Source: Candidatus Latescibacterota bacterium | GTDB lineage: Bacteria; Latescibacterota; UBA2968; UBA8231 | Length of the DNA: 64,000 nt | Reading direction: 5' to 3' | Assembly: GCA_965203175.1 (NCBI GenBank) | Contig: OZ241867.1 | Span: 5,920,001 to 5,984,000, forward strand | In this document: positions 9,376-19,251 of the stretch, piece by piece | Position numbering within the stretch: the first letter of the stretch is position 1 | Layout of the letters: the number at the start of each line of letters is the position of its first letter | The notes under the pieces: model-generated | Databases searched by the model: none | What the model was told of the DNA's origin: nothing | Seen by the model: the letters and a program-made list of their open reading frames with translations, nothing else | Program-made: the position numbers and the translations under genes

Positions 9376-10542
9376 TCAAGCAGAGAGAATCTGTTTCAAG
9401 CCCCCGACGAGCCGATCCATGCCTTCGGCCACATCTTCTTGGCGCAGGGCACCGTAGGCAACGCGCAAATAGCAGTCCGCGCTCAATCCAAAAGCATTAC
9501 CGGGGATGACGGCGACCTTGTGTTCCCGCACCAAGCGAGCGACCACATCCATGGCGTCGAGGTCGCTTTGCAGACGCGCCAATAAATAAAAGGCTCCTTC
9601 AGCAGCCGGCACCTGCACCCACTCGCCGAGCGCTTCGAGTCGCTCTAGGCAAAGCCGACGCACCGCATCCATATCCGCTAGATGATTCTTACAGTATTCA
9701 GCTCCGGCCGCGAGGGCACCGAGCGCGGCGCGTTGCGAGATGACCGGCGGGCAGATGAGCACGGTATCTTGAATCTTTTCCAGCGCACCCAACAGGTGCC
9801 GTGGGGCCACGAGGTAGCCGACCCGCCAACTGGCGAGACCGTATGCCTTAGAAAAAGAAAATAGCGAGATCGTGTGCTCGGCGCTTTCGGGCAGTGAGCC
9901 GGGCGAAAAGTGCTGCGCCGCACCGTAAGTGAAGTACTCGTACGCCTCGTCGGCAAAGTGGTAGAGGCCCCGCTCGCGGCAGAGCCGATTGACCGCTGCC
10001 AAGTCCGCGGGCCGATAGACCGCACCCGTTGGGTTGTTGGGAGAGATCGTGACAATGGCGCGGGTGCGCGCTGTAATCGCAGCCTCAATCGCATCGAGGT
10101 CGAGCTGATAGGCATCGTCCGTAGCCACGAGCACGGCCCGGCAATTGGCCATGCCTACGGCCATTTCGTGGTTGAAGTAAAAGGGTGACATCACGACGAT
10201 CTCATCGCCTGGGTCGGCAACGGCGAGCAAGGCGTGGTAAAAGCCCATATTGGAGCCGGCCGTGACCATCATGATCTGGTCGTCGCCCACCTCGATTTGA
10301 TTTTCGCACGCGAGTTTTTGGCGCAGTTCTTCCCTGAGTTCGGGCAGACCGCGGGCAGCTTGATAGTGGTGTTCGACAATCGCGCTGCCGAAGCGGGCAA
10401 GGGCCTGCATGACCTGCGGCGGCGGCGGGTAGTGCACCACGCCCTGGCCGAGGGAAATGGTGCCCGGGTTGTCGCGAATGAGGGCGGCCACGTGCGGGAT
10501 CACCGGGCTCTGTACTGCCTGCATGCGCTTTGAGTCGATCAT
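9376..10542 (-). CDS. PLP-dependent aminotransferase class I/II
   Basis: SPNNPTG, DEAY and SFSKAYGLASWRVGY motifs. Confidence 0.92.
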   Translation of the reverse strand: MIDSKRMQAVQSPVIPHVAALIRDNPGTISLGQGVVHYPPPPQVMQALARFGSAIVEHHYQAARGLPELREELRQKLACENQIEVGDDQIMMVTAGSNMGFYHALLAVADPGDEIVVMSPFYFNHEMAVGMANCRAVLVATDDAYQLDLDAIEAAITARTRAIVTISPNNPTGAVYRPADLAAVNRLCRERGLYHFADEAYEYFTYGAAQHFSPGSLPESAEHTISLFSFSKAYGLASWRVGYLVAPRHLLGALEKIQDTVLICPPVISQRAALGALAAGAEYCKNHLADMDAVRRLCLERLEALGEWVQVPAAEGAFYLLARLQSDLDAMDVVARLVREHKVAVIPGNAFGLSADCYLRVAYGALRQEDVAEGMDRLVGGLKQILSA

Positions 10543-11441
10543 AGCACGTCCTGCAGCAGGTCGAACAGACGATCAATTTCAGCGCGCGTTTCCGCATCGA
10601 GCGCAAAGCTCAAAGGGCCGCGGTGGACTTGGTTGGGAAAGAGGCCGCGCTTGTGCATGAGGTAGCGCTCAACCACGATGAAGCCGTCCAAGCCCCCTTG
10701 GATCTGCAAAGTACACAACGCGCAGATGGGGAAATAGATCTGGTACGCGCGCTCTTCGTCGCCGGCTGCGAGGGCGCGCCACAAGGCCACCGTCCCATCG
10801 AGCAACTCAACGCCAGGAATGGTACCGCGAATGCCTCGACGGAAAGAATCAATCAGCAGTAAGCCACCGCTGCCTTCAAATATGCCGGACCGGCCCTCGG
10901 TGTGGTCGCGCAGGGCCGAAATGCAAGGCCCCAAGGGAGTGGCCTCGGGTTTGAAGAGGACGCGGTCGCCGTAGTCGCCAAAGAGCGACGCTTGAAATTC
11001 AATGCTCATCGGGTTGCCGACATACGAGCTGGCGTCTTGGATCATGACCGGGATGGAGACCTCGGCGAGCAGGGCGGTAAAATAGGCGCGCAATTCACTC
11101 TCCCCCAAGGCGCGGGAGATCGGCGGAATGGCCATGACGGCCGCTGCACCGCCGTCTTCCGCGGCACGGGCGTAGAGCCGGGCTTGGGCCGTGCCCTCGG
11201 CCCCAACGCCGATGATGACCGGCCCGCGTCCGCGGGCGAATTCCACTAGCCGCGCCGGAAGCGCCAGCCGCTCGTCAGCCGTCAGACGCAACAGATCGGA
11301 TACCAAGGCGAGGCAAAACCCGTGCGCCCCTGTCTCGAAAAGGTAATCGACTTCGCTTTCCAATACGGCGTAATCAATGGCTTGGTCGTCGGTGTACGGC
11401 ATGTGGACGACCGGCAGGACGTCTTTGATTTCGTAGCTCAT
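10539..11441 (-). CDS. Dihydrodipicolinate synthase-family aldolase/dehydratase
   Basis: DapA-like fold pattern (PY.DD..IDY, AIPP, IPVMIQD, FKPE). Confidence 0.82.
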   Translation of the reverse strand: MSYEIKDVLPVVHMPYTDDQAIDYAVLESEVDYLFETGAHGFCLALVSDLLRLTADERLALPARLVEFARGRGPVIIGVGAEGTAQARLYARAAEDGGAAAVMAIPPISRALGESELRAYFTALLAEVSIPVMIQDASSYVGNPMSIEFQASLFGDYGDRVLFKPEATPLGPCISALRDHTEGRSGIFEGSGGLLLIDSFRRGIRGTIPGVELLDGTVALWRALAAGDEERAYQIYFPICALCTLQIQGGLDGFIVVERYLMHKRGLFPNQVHRGPLSFALDAETRAEIDRLFDLLQDVL

Positions 11442-12292
11442 AGTCGTTGGCCTCGGCGTGCACGGCGTAGAATAGCAAAGAGTTGTTCGGCGATCTCGTC
11501 GTTGGCCGCCGCCAAAAAGTGCCCGAATTTGCGGCGCTGAGTATAAGTCGGTCGGCGGCGTTGTCCAATGTAGCAGCGCGCCCCGGCTTCTTCGGCAATC
11601 AGCGACGGCGGGCCCACGTCATAGACTTCGACTTGGCGCGTCAGGTACGCACACAGCGTGCCCTCGGCGATCTCTGTGAGGACCAATGCCGCCCCAATGG
11701 GACTTTCGCGCGGATTCAGCGCGGGGCGGACGAGGGCCTGATAGGGACGAGCCTTGGAAGAAATAAAGGCTTTATTCGTGCGCGGTTCGCCGGGTAGCTG
11801 CAAGCGACGCGGGCGACCATCGCCGACGCGCACAAAAGCACCCGCACCTTTAATGGCCGTAAAAATTTTGTCCTCTGAGGGCCGCGCGACAATCGCGGCC
11901 AGCATCTGGCCGTCGCAAGCCAAGCCGATGACAATGTGATAGGGAGCGTCGCCCCGCTTGAAGTGCAAGGTGCCGTCAATGGGATCGAGAATGACCGCAT
12001 AGGGCGAGGTGTTGCCGGCAAAGCGCTTTTTGAGCGGCGTGCGCTCTTCGGCGATGCAGCGCACAAACGGGAAGTGCTGGAGCACGGCTGCGAGGAGGAT
12101 ATCCTGCACGGCCGCGTCGAGGACCGTGAAGGCCGTGGAGGCGTCCTGCGCCTTGCTGCCGGTGAGGCTCTTGTCCGCAGCCTTGCCAATGTCGGCGACT
12201 TGGCCGTAGAAAATTAGCGAGGCGCGGGCGCACTGGCCGACGACCGGCAGCAGCGCGTCGATAAAGTCGTCGGGGTTGATGTTTTCGGCCAT
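11438..12292 (-). CDS. Inositol monophosphatase family protein
   Basis: AEE and ILDPIDGTLHF metal-binding motifs. Confidence 0.85.
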   Translation of the reverse strand: MAENINPDDFIDALLPVVGQCARASLIFYGQVADIGKAADKSLTGSKAQDASTAFTVLDAAVQDILLAAVLQHFPFVRCIAEERTPLKKRFAGNTSPYAVILDPIDGTLHFKRGDAPYHIVIGLACDGQMLAAIVARPSEDKIFTAIKGAGAFVRVGDGRPRRLQLPGEPRTNKAFISSKARPYQALVRPALNPRESPIGAALVLTEIAEGTLCAYLTRQVEVYDVGPPSLIAEEAGARCYIGQRRRPTYTQRRKFGHFLAAANDEIAEQLFAILRRARRGQRL

Positions 12293-12302
12293 AATCTTGA
12301 GT

Positions 12303-12342
12303 AATAAAAGCGCCCGGCTTCCTCGTGAGAGGAACCGGGCGC
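12303..12342 (-). terminator. Rho-independent terminator after the molybdoenzyme gene
   Basis: GCGCCCGG-TTCCTC / GAGGAA-CCGGGCGC stem with a 4-nt loop, followed by TTTTATT on the minus strand. Confidence 0.75.
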
Positions 12343-12367
12343 GAACGGGCGGCCCTGTAACGGCTCC

Positions 12368-14677
12368 TCAGCCGGCCGCTTCCTCTAGCTGATGCTCCTG
12401 TAAGGCGGCGACGACCCGATCCGGACTCATGGGCAACTCACCCAAGCGGCAACCTATGGCATCGTACATGGCGTTGGCAATGGCGGCCATCGGCGGCACC
12501 AAGGGCACTTCGCCGACGCCGCGAATCCCGTGCGGGCTGGCCGGATTGGGCACTTCGACCAAAATCGTCTCGATCAAGGGGATGTCAAAGGTAGTCGGCA
12601 TCCGATAGTCGAGGAAGGTCGGGTTGGCCATCTGGCCATCGTCTGTGTAGAAGTAACCCTCTGTGAGCGCCCAGCCAATGCCCTGCACGGCCCCGCCTTG
12701 GATCTGGCCCTCGACGTACGAGGGATGGATAGCCTTACCCACGTCTTGGACCGCCGTATAGCGCAAAATCTCGACCTTGCCGGTGTCTGGATCGACCTCC
12801 ACATCGACGATGTGCACGGCAAAGGCATTGCCCGGACCGCCAGCGTTGATCGTGCCTTTGCCGGTGATTGGGCCGCCAGTGCTGCCCTGGTTGGCGGCGA
12901 CCTCCGCAAAGGTGAGCCGCTGAGCGGGATCGGATTTGCAGACAAAGCTGCCGTCCTCAAACTCGACGTCGTCCTCGGCGACCTCTAGCTGCCGCGCAGC
13001 GCGCCGACACATCTCGGCCTTGACGTCCTCGGCCGCGTTGTAGCAGGCGTGCCCCGTGGCATAGCACACGCGACTGCCGCCGGTGCCACCGGTGAAGCCA
13101 ATCGAGCTGGTGTCCGGGATCGAGGGGTTGATGTCCTCGGCCCGCAGCCCCAAAGTCTCGGCGACGATCATGGCCATAGAGGCTCGGCTGCCGCCGATAT
13201 CAACCGAGCCTTCAGTCAAGTTGATCGTGCCGTTGTCGTTGACCGCAATGGCGGCCGAAGACATGCCGCCGCCGTTGAACCAAAAGCCACCAGCCACGCC
13301 GCGTCCCCGATAGGGGCCTTCGAGCTTGGTGTGGTAGTGCTCTGAGTCCTTGGCGGCTTGCACGGTTTCTTCGCAGCCGATCTGCCCGTACACCGTGCCG
13401 TCGGCACGGCGCGTTCCTTCTTTAGCGGAGTTCTGCAACCGCATCTCCAGCGGGTCCATGCCGATCTTTTCGGCCAACTCGTCGATGACGCTCTCCGAGG
13501 CAAAGGCCGCGTTGGGGGCCCCAGGGGCGCGATAGGCCGAGGACTTGGGCTTGTTGACGACCACGTCGTACGCGTCAATGGTGACGTTGGCGATGTAATA
13601 AGGCGCGAGGATGCACTGAGCTCCCGCCCCCACGGCCGAGCCGGGATAGGCCCCGGCCTCGTACGCCATGTAGCAGTGGGCCGCGGTGATGGTGCCGTCG
13701 TTTTTGGCCCCCATCTTAATCTTCATATAGGACCCAGGAGCCGGGCCAGTCCCCTGAAAAACCTCGGTGCGGCTCATGATCATTTTGACGGGCTGGCCGG
13801 TTTTGTGCGACATAATGGCCGCGGCTGGCTCCATATAGGTGGGGAACTTGCCGCCGAAGCCACCGCCGATCTCGCAGGGGATAACCTTGACCTTGGAGAC
13901 CGGCACGTTGAGCACTTCCGACACCTGCGAGCGGATCTCAAACGGCCCTTGCGTGCTCACCCACACGGTGACGCTGCCGTCGTTTTTCCACCACACGGTC
14001 GTGTTGTGCGGCTCAATGTACCCTTGGTGAATGGTGGCCGTGTGGAATTCGCGCTCGACGATCTCGTCGGCCTCGGCAAAGCCCGCTTCGAGGTCGCCCA
14101 TGGCGTGTTGATTGTGGGTGGCGATATTGCTCTTCTTGCCCGTATCTTCGCCGAGCGCGCGCGTGGTGCGCTCTTCGTCGAGGAGCGGAGCGTCGTCGCG
14201 CATGGCCTCGCGGATATCCACGACCGGCTCCAAGACCTTGTATTCGACCTCGATTAGGTCGAGGGCCTCTTCGGCGATGTGGGGGCTGACCGCGCACACG
14301 GCCGCGACCGCGTGGCCCGTATAGAGCACCTTGTCTGAGGCCAGCGAGTTTTTGGCGATTTCGCGGACGTTAACGGTGGTTTCGCCGATATTAGAGAGCT
14401 TATCGACGGTCTCGACCAAGTCGTTGGCCGTGGCCACGGCGCGCACTCCGTCGAGCGCGAGGGCCTTGGAGGTATCGATCGAGATAATCTCGGCGTGGGG
14501 ATGCGGGCTGCGCAGGACCTTGCCGTAGAGCAGGCCCGGCAGGCGCACATCGGCCCCGTACACCGCGGCACCAGTGACCTTATCGACGCCGTCGTGGCGG
14601 ATGGGGCGGGTGCCGATGACTTTGTACTTGCCGTCGGACGTGTAATCGGGATAATCTTTGCTGGAAAAGGCAGCCAT
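12368..14677 (-). CDS. Xanthine dehydrogenase-family molybdopterin-binding (large) subunit
   Basis: DKVTGAAVY, LRSPHPHA, GGGFGGK, YRAPG, VEGQIQGG and GVGE motifs. Confidence 0.93.
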   Translation of the reverse strand: MAAFSSKDYPDYTSDGKYKVIGTRPIRHDGVDKVTGAAVYGADVRLPGLLYGKVLRSPHPHAEIISIDTSKALALDGVRAVATANDLVETVDKLSNIGETTVNVREIAKNSLASDKVLYTGHAVAAVCAVSPHIAEEALDLIEVEYKVLEPVVDIREAMRDDAPLLDEERTTRALGEDTGKKSNIATHNQHAMGDLEAGFAEADEIVEREFHTATIHQGYIEPHNTTVWWKNDGSVTVWVSTQGPFEIRSQVSEVLNVPVSKVKVIPCEIGGGFGGKFPTYMEPAAAIMSHKTGQPVKMIMSRTEVFQGTGPAPGSYMKIKMGAKNDGTITAAHCYMAYEAGAYPGSAVGAGAQCILAPYYIANVTIDAYDVVVNKPKSSAYRAPGAPNAAFASESVIDELAEKIGMDPLEMRLQNSAKEGTRRADGTVYGQIGCEETVQAAKDSEHYHTKLEGPYRGRGVAGGFWFNGGGMSSAAIAVNDNGTINLTEGSVDIGGSRASMAMIVAETLGLRAEDINPSIPDTSSIGFTGGTGGSRVCYATGHACYNAAEDVKAEMCRRAARQLEVAEDDVEFEDGSFVCKSDPAQRLTFAEVAANQGSTGGPITGKGTINAGGPGNAFAVHIVDVEVDPDTGKVEILRYTAVQDVGKAIHPSYVEGQIQGGAVQGIGWALTEGYFYTDDGQMANPTFLDYRMPTTFDIPLIETILVEVPNPASPHGIRGVGEVPLVPPMAAIANAMYDAIGCRLGELPMSPDRVVAALQEHQLEEAAG

Positions 14678-14776
14678 GAGGCACTCCTTCATTTATATAT
14701 GGATTAGGTACTTTCAGAAAATTCGCAATCCGTCTTAATCTGAATGCGATAAACTGCGCCGTCAAGTGAGCTTTTA

Positions 14777-15496
14777 ATGGCAATCGCTTGGGAAATCCCG
14801 TCGGGCTGGCCTCGGCTCAGCGACGATGAAATCCACGTCTGGTGCGTCGAGTTGGACGCGGCTGGTGAAGTGGCCGCACTCGCGGCTTGTCTGAGCGAGG
14901 AAGAGCGCGAGCGAGCGAGCGGCTTGCTCTCCGGCACCCATCAGCGGCGCTTTGTGGTGGCGCGGGGGATGCTGCGCCAGCTTCTGGGGCTATACCTCGA
15001 CCAAGATCCCGGCGCGGTGACTTTTTCGCGCGGCGCGCACGGCAAGCCCTTTCTGCAAGAAGGCGGGCCGCATTTCAACGTGTCCCACACCCACGAGCTA
15101 GCCCTGTATGCGATAGCGCGCGACCGCGAGGTCGGCGTTGATGCGGAGTGGATGCGCCCCCAAGTCGCGCACGAGCAAATTGCCGCGCGCTTCTTTTCGC
15201 TAGAGGAGCAGGAGGCACTGGCGCAGGTGGCGGACGAGGAGCGGCGGACGGCTTTTTACAACATCTGGACGCGCAAGGAAGCCTATGTCAAAGCGCGGGG
15301 CGACGGCATTGCCGCTGGCCTTGGCACCTTTGCGGTGTCGCTGGGAGCAGAGGCGGCGCTTTTGCACTCGGACGAGGGGCGGGACGAATTGGAGCGGTGG
15401 AAGTTAATCGCTTTGGAACCGGCGGACGGATACGTCGCGGCTTTGTGCGGGGCTGGCGTGGACTGGCAGGTGCAGGGTTGGCGCTGGCGGCCTTAG
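14777..15496 (+). CDS. Sfp-type 4'-phosphopantetheinyl transferase
   Basis: HGKP, FNVSHT, VGVDAE and WTRKEAYVKARG motifs. Confidence 0.93.
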   Translation: MAIAWEIPSGWPRLSDDEIHVWCVELDAAGEVAALAACLSEEERERASGLLSGTHQRRFVVARGMLRQLLGLYLDQDPGAVTFSRGAHGKPFLQEGGPHFNVSHTHELALYAIARDREVGVDAEWMRPQVAHEQIAARFFSLEEQEALAQVADEERRTAFYNIWTRKEAYVKARGDGIAAGLGTFAVSLGAEAALLHSDEGRDELERWKLIALEPADGYVAALCGAGVDWQVQGWRWRP

Positions 15497-15542
15497 CAAG
15501 CGGCTCGCCTTCGTGCGCGCCGCTCCCCACATGGAACCGTCC

Positions 15543-15749
15543 TCATTGAAGCGTATCTCCAATGAGGCTGCTGCCGTCCGCGGCTATCACATAAAGCTCA
15601 GCATTCCCATCGCGCTCGGACACAAAGGCGATGCGTTGGCCGTCCGGAGACCACGCCAGATAACAGTCGTTGCCGGCGTCGTGCGTGAGGTTGGTTGCGA
15701 CATCGCAGCCGAAAACTAATCCTATGAGACAGCCGATCATTGCCTTCAT
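15543..15749 (-). pseudogene. TolB-like (PD40 repeat) gene fragment
   Basis: 68 aa with a single AWSPDGQRIAFVSERDGNAELY repeat; too short for a beta-propeller. Confidence 0.6.
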
Positions 15750-15889
15750 AGAAAATCTCCGTGAGACTGGCGGCTTGAGCCGTCAGAGGGATAGGGGCGG
15801 TTTTCACGACGGGCTGGCAACGCACGAGGCGTTGGTAGTCCCTGAGTGAGAGCCGATATATTTTGCCTATAACTCATCCCTTTAGTTAT

Positions 15890-16314
15890 AGACAAAATTA
15901 ATTGGACTGCGTTCTGCATAGTAGCCATGCTTTTTAGTGCGCCCGAATACCCGCCGGATGCGTTACGAATAGCGGGTCGAGCGTCGCGCTTAGGCAAAAG
16001 GCACCCTCTTGTGAGGGGTAAAACAGTTTCAGTCCCACGATAGCGCGCCGCCCCACACGTCGATAGCACTGTATGCGTGGACCGTAGTGGCAAAGCAGGT
16101 CAGCCAGTAGGATTTGCCACTGCGAACGCCTCGGGAGCTTCTCCCCCAAGTGGCTGCTTGGTGTCAGCAGGCGTATAGTTTCGCCGAGTAGCATGATGTC
16201 GCATCCCGCGATGTGGTGCTGCATCCGAATACCTCCGGTTTAGCACGGTGCTCGCGCTAGAGGGGTTGGGAAAAGGCAGGGACAAGCCGACTACTTCAGT
16301 GGTCGGTGGCTGAC
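15890..16314 (+). mobile_element. Non-coding IS200/IS605-type element / stand-alone omega(re)RNA candidate
   Basis: Ends in CAGGGACAAGC-hairpin-GTGGCTGAC, homologous to the right end of the tnpB element at 60957-60995; preceded by TTAT; several hairpins; no credible ORF. Confidence 0.65.
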
Positions 16315-16373
16315 AGCGTCAACTCAATTGAATTTTTTAGGCGTGCGCGCCAAAGACATCCACTGAGAGAGAA

Positions 16374-17123
16374 TCAGACGATCCGCTGCGTCACCACGCC
16401 GTGCAGATCCATCTCAAAGTCGATGTCCACAACCGGCGGCCGAGCGTAGTGCCAACAAACGCCGCCGCGCCGCGCCGCACCCATCGTCGGCAGGAGAATC
16501 TCTTCGAGGATTTCCGCTAAAGGATAGATGGTGTACACGTCAACCGCGTCAATCAAATCCCACGTTCCGCCCAAGCCCATAAGCCGCTCGCCCATAACCT
16601 GCGCCACATAAGCGGCCTTCTCGCGCATAGCAGCGGGCGACGTGTCGCCGGAGCGGATAATCCCCTCGGTCACGAGGAGCCCCTCCCGCAATTCGCCGGC
16701 ACCGGCCACGATCAGCGTTTTGCGGGCGATCTGATCGTTGGGAATCGCGTAGGAAAAGGCATACAGCGAAGGCACAGCCGGCGGATCGCACGCCGGCGCA
16801 ACATTCGTGCGCGCCACCGGATTGAGTTCGTCCACGTACAAACCCCACGCCTTCAGGACGGCGCAATACTCGCGGTTGAAGTCAATAAACCCCTGCATGG
16901 TAAAAGGCTCAGGCGAGCGCAGTTCCATCGCGCAGAGCGAGACTCGGTCGCAGCCTTCCGCCGCCAGATGCGCATCCACGCGCTCAAAGCCCTCGCGCCA
17001 AGGCAGCGGCTCGGCCAGCACAACGCGGACGATCTCCCAACCCGGCTCGGCGACGACGCCACAAGAATAGGGATCAATGCCCTGGAGAAAGCGATAGTGT
17101 CCTTTGGGATGTGCAATCAGCAT
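16374..17123 (-). CDS. CnbZ-like (2-amino-5-chloromuconate deaminase/RidA-fold) protein
   Basis: YRFLQGIDPYSCGVVAEPG, ELRSP.PF, NPVARTNV and RPPVVDIDFEMD motifs. Confidence 0.7.
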   Translation of the reverse strand: MLIAHPKGHYRFLQGIDPYSCGVVAEPGWEIVRVVLAEPLPWREGFERVDAHLAAEGCDRVSLCAMELRSPEPFTMQGFIDFNREYCAVLKAWGLYVDELNPVARTNVAPACDPPAVPSLYAFSYAIPNDQIARKTLIVAGAGELREGLLVTEGIIRSGDTSPAAMREKAAYVAQVMGERLMGLGGTWDLIDAVDVYTIYPLAEILEEILLPTMGAARRGGVCWHYARPPVVDIDFEMDLHGVVTQRIV

Positions 17124-17235
17124 GACGCCTCAAGGTCGCCCACGCCATCCTAGGCGTCAAGGTCTCTTGCTGAAACGGACGCCTTCTTTATATTCCCCTC
17201 CGCTTGCAACTCAATCCCAACCCCCTAATGTTCAA

Positions 17236-18192
17236 ATGCCCTACAAAGTCCTAATCCGCTCGGAAATCGAACCGTATTACACCATCATCCCCATGATCGA
17301 GGAACGCGCCGAGATCGTGCGCTGGAATCCGCTGGATCCGCAGCCCCCGGCCGAACTCCTCCGCACCATCGAAGGCGTGTACAACTACGGCCACTACGCC
17401 TTCACCGCCGAATACATGGATCTGATGCCCGAGCTCCGCGTCATCAGCAACTACGGAGTCGGCGTCGATCACATCGACCTCCAAGCCGCTCAAGAGCGCG
17501 GCATCCCCGTAGGCAACACGCCCAAGATCCTCGACGGCGCAACGGCCGATATAACCTTCGCCCTCCTCTTGGCCGCGGCGCGCAACCTCATCCAAGGCGA
17601 CCACTTTGCCCGCGGCCCGGATTTTGTCGCCTACGATCCGAGCTTCATGCTGGGACAAGAAGTCCACCACCAAGTTCTCGGCATCATCGGGCTGGGCAGC
17701 ATCGGCTACCAAGTAGCGCGCCGCGCACTGGCCTTCGACATGACCGTCTTGTACCACAACCGCAACCCCAATCCCAAGGCCGAAGCCGACCTCGGAGCGC
17801 GCTACGTCGAGCTAGACGAACTGCTCCAGCAGGCGGATTTCGTGACCTTGAACATGCCACTGACCGATCAGACGCGGGGCATGATCGGCCGGCGCGAGTT
17901 GGGCCTGATGAAAAAGTCAGCGGTGCTCGTCAACGCCGCGCGCGGAGGAGTCGTCGATCACAACGCACTGGTAGAAACCCTACAAAACGGCGGAATCTAC
18001 GCAGCCGCCCTCGACGTAACCGAACCCGAACCCCTGCCCCGCGACCATCCCCTCCTAGCGCTGGACAACCTCGTCATCATACCCCACCTAGGCAGCGCAA
18101 CGCACCAGACGCGCCAAATCATGGCCGAGCGGTCGGTGGGCAACCTGTTGGCCGGGCTGGAGGGCAGAGAACTTTTGAGCCGTATCGTGTAA
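17236..18192 (+). CDS. D-isomer-specific 2-hydroxyacid dehydrogenase (glyoxylate reductase-like)
   Basis: GVGVDHID, GIIGLGSIG, NAARGGVVD, LDVTEPEP and PHLGSAT motifs. Confidence 0.92.
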   Translation: MPYKVLIRSEIEPYYTIIPMIEERAEIVRWNPLDPQPPAELLRTIEGVYNYGHYAFTAEYMDLMPELRVISNYGVGVDHIDLQAAQERGIPVGNTPKILDGATADITFALLLAAARNLIQGDHFARGPDFVAYDPSFMLGQEVHHQVLGIIGLGSIGYQVARRALAFDMTVLYHNRNPNPKAEADLGARYVELDELLQQADFVTLNMPLTDQTRGMIGRRELGLMKKSAVLVNAARGGVVDHNALVETLQNGGIYAAALDVTEPEPLPRDHPLLALDNLVIIPHLGSATHQTRQIMAERSVGNLLAGLEGRELLSRIV

Positions 18193-18230
18193 ATAACTGA
18201 CGTTGCGCATAGCAGGCTTCTTGGGTAGAA

Positions 18231-18264
18231 GATGCTGAGCGGAGCGGAGCGGAGTCGAAGCATC
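18231..18264. repeat. REP-like short element with (GAGCG)n tandem expansion
   Basis: GATGCT-GAGCGGAGCGGAGCGGAGTCGA-AGCATC, intergenic, with terminal inverted 6-mers. Confidence 0.45.
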
Positions 18265-18312
18265 CCATACCTAGGTGCCCATGCGTAACATCAATAGATA
18301 GTAAGGAGAACA

Positions 18313-19248
18313 ATGAGCGCCAATCACCACCACAAGGTCGTCATCGTCGGCTCGGGTCCGGCCGGACTGACCGCCGCCCTATACGCGGCCAGAGCCGACC
18401 TGGCCCCACTCGTCCTAGAAGGCCTACAGCCAGGCGGCCAGCTAACCATTACTACGGACGTAGAAAACTACCCCGGCTTCCCCGACGGCATCATGGGGCC
18501 AGAACTCGTCGATCTGATGCGCCAGCAGTCGCAGCGCTTTGGCGCCGAATGCAAGTTTGAGACAGTCAATGCGGTCGATTTGTCCGAGCGGCCCTTTGCC
18601 ATCGCAAGCGATGGCGACCAGTACATCTGCGACTCGCTGATCATTGCCACCGGCGCATCGGCTCGCCTCCTCGACATAGAGTCCGAAACGCGACTCATGG
18701 GGCACGGGGTCTCGGCCTGCGCCACCTGCGATGGCTTTTTCTTCCGCGACAAGGAGCTAGTCGTTGTCGGCGGCGGCGACTCGGCCATGGAGGAAGGAAC
18801 CTACCTGACCAAATTCGCCTCTAAAGTCACCATCGTCCACCGCCGCGACGAGTTCCGCGCGTCCAAAATCATGCTCAAACGCGCGCAGGACAACGACAAG
18901 ATCGACTTCGTGGTCAACGCCACGGTCGAGGAAATCTTACAGGCGGGCGACGAGTTGGCCGTGCGCGGGGTCCTGCTCAAGGACACCCAAACAGATCAGA
19001 CGCGGGAGTTTGCCTGCGAGGGAGTCTTTATGGCCATCGGCCACATACCCAACTCCCAGCTTTTCGAAGGCGCATTGGCCATGAACGAACAGGGCTACAT
19101 CCTCACTGACCCGGATTCGACCGCCACGGCTATCCCCGGGGTTTTTGCCTGCGGCGACGTGCAAGACTCCGTGTACCGACAAGCCGTCACCGCAGCCGGC
19201 ACCGGATGTATGGCGGCAATTGAGGCCGAGCGGTTCTTAGCGCATTAG
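18313..19248 (+). CDS. trxB: Thioredoxin-disulfide reductase
   Basis: [28 protein letters not shown] and RQAVTAAG motifs; AAGGAG RBS. Confidence 0.97.
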   Translation: MSANHHHKVVIVGSGPAGLTAALYAARADLAPLVLEGLQPGGQLTITTDVENYPGFPDGIMGPELVDLMRQQSQRFGAECKFETVNAVDLSERPFAIASDGDQYICDSLIIATGASARLLDIESETRLMGHGVSACATCDGFFFRDKELVVVGGGDSAMEEGTYLTKFASKVTIVHRRDEFRASKIMLKRAQDNDKIDFVVNATVEEILQAGDELAVRGVLLKDTQTDQTREFACEGVFMAIGHIPNSQLFEGALAMNEQGYILTDPDSTATAIPGVFACGDVQDSVYRQAVTAAGTGCMAAIEAERFLAH

Positions 19249-19251
19249 GAA

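Noticed and set aside
15746-16285. Short minus-strand ORFs (115, 96 and 61 aa)
   Set aside because: No recognisable motifs or RBS; they overlap a structured non-coding element.
15890-16314. Group I intron/IStron or IscB-type HEARO interpretation
   Set aside because: It is intergenic, does not end in G, and no intron core or iscB ORF was recognised. The match to the tnpB right end explains it better.
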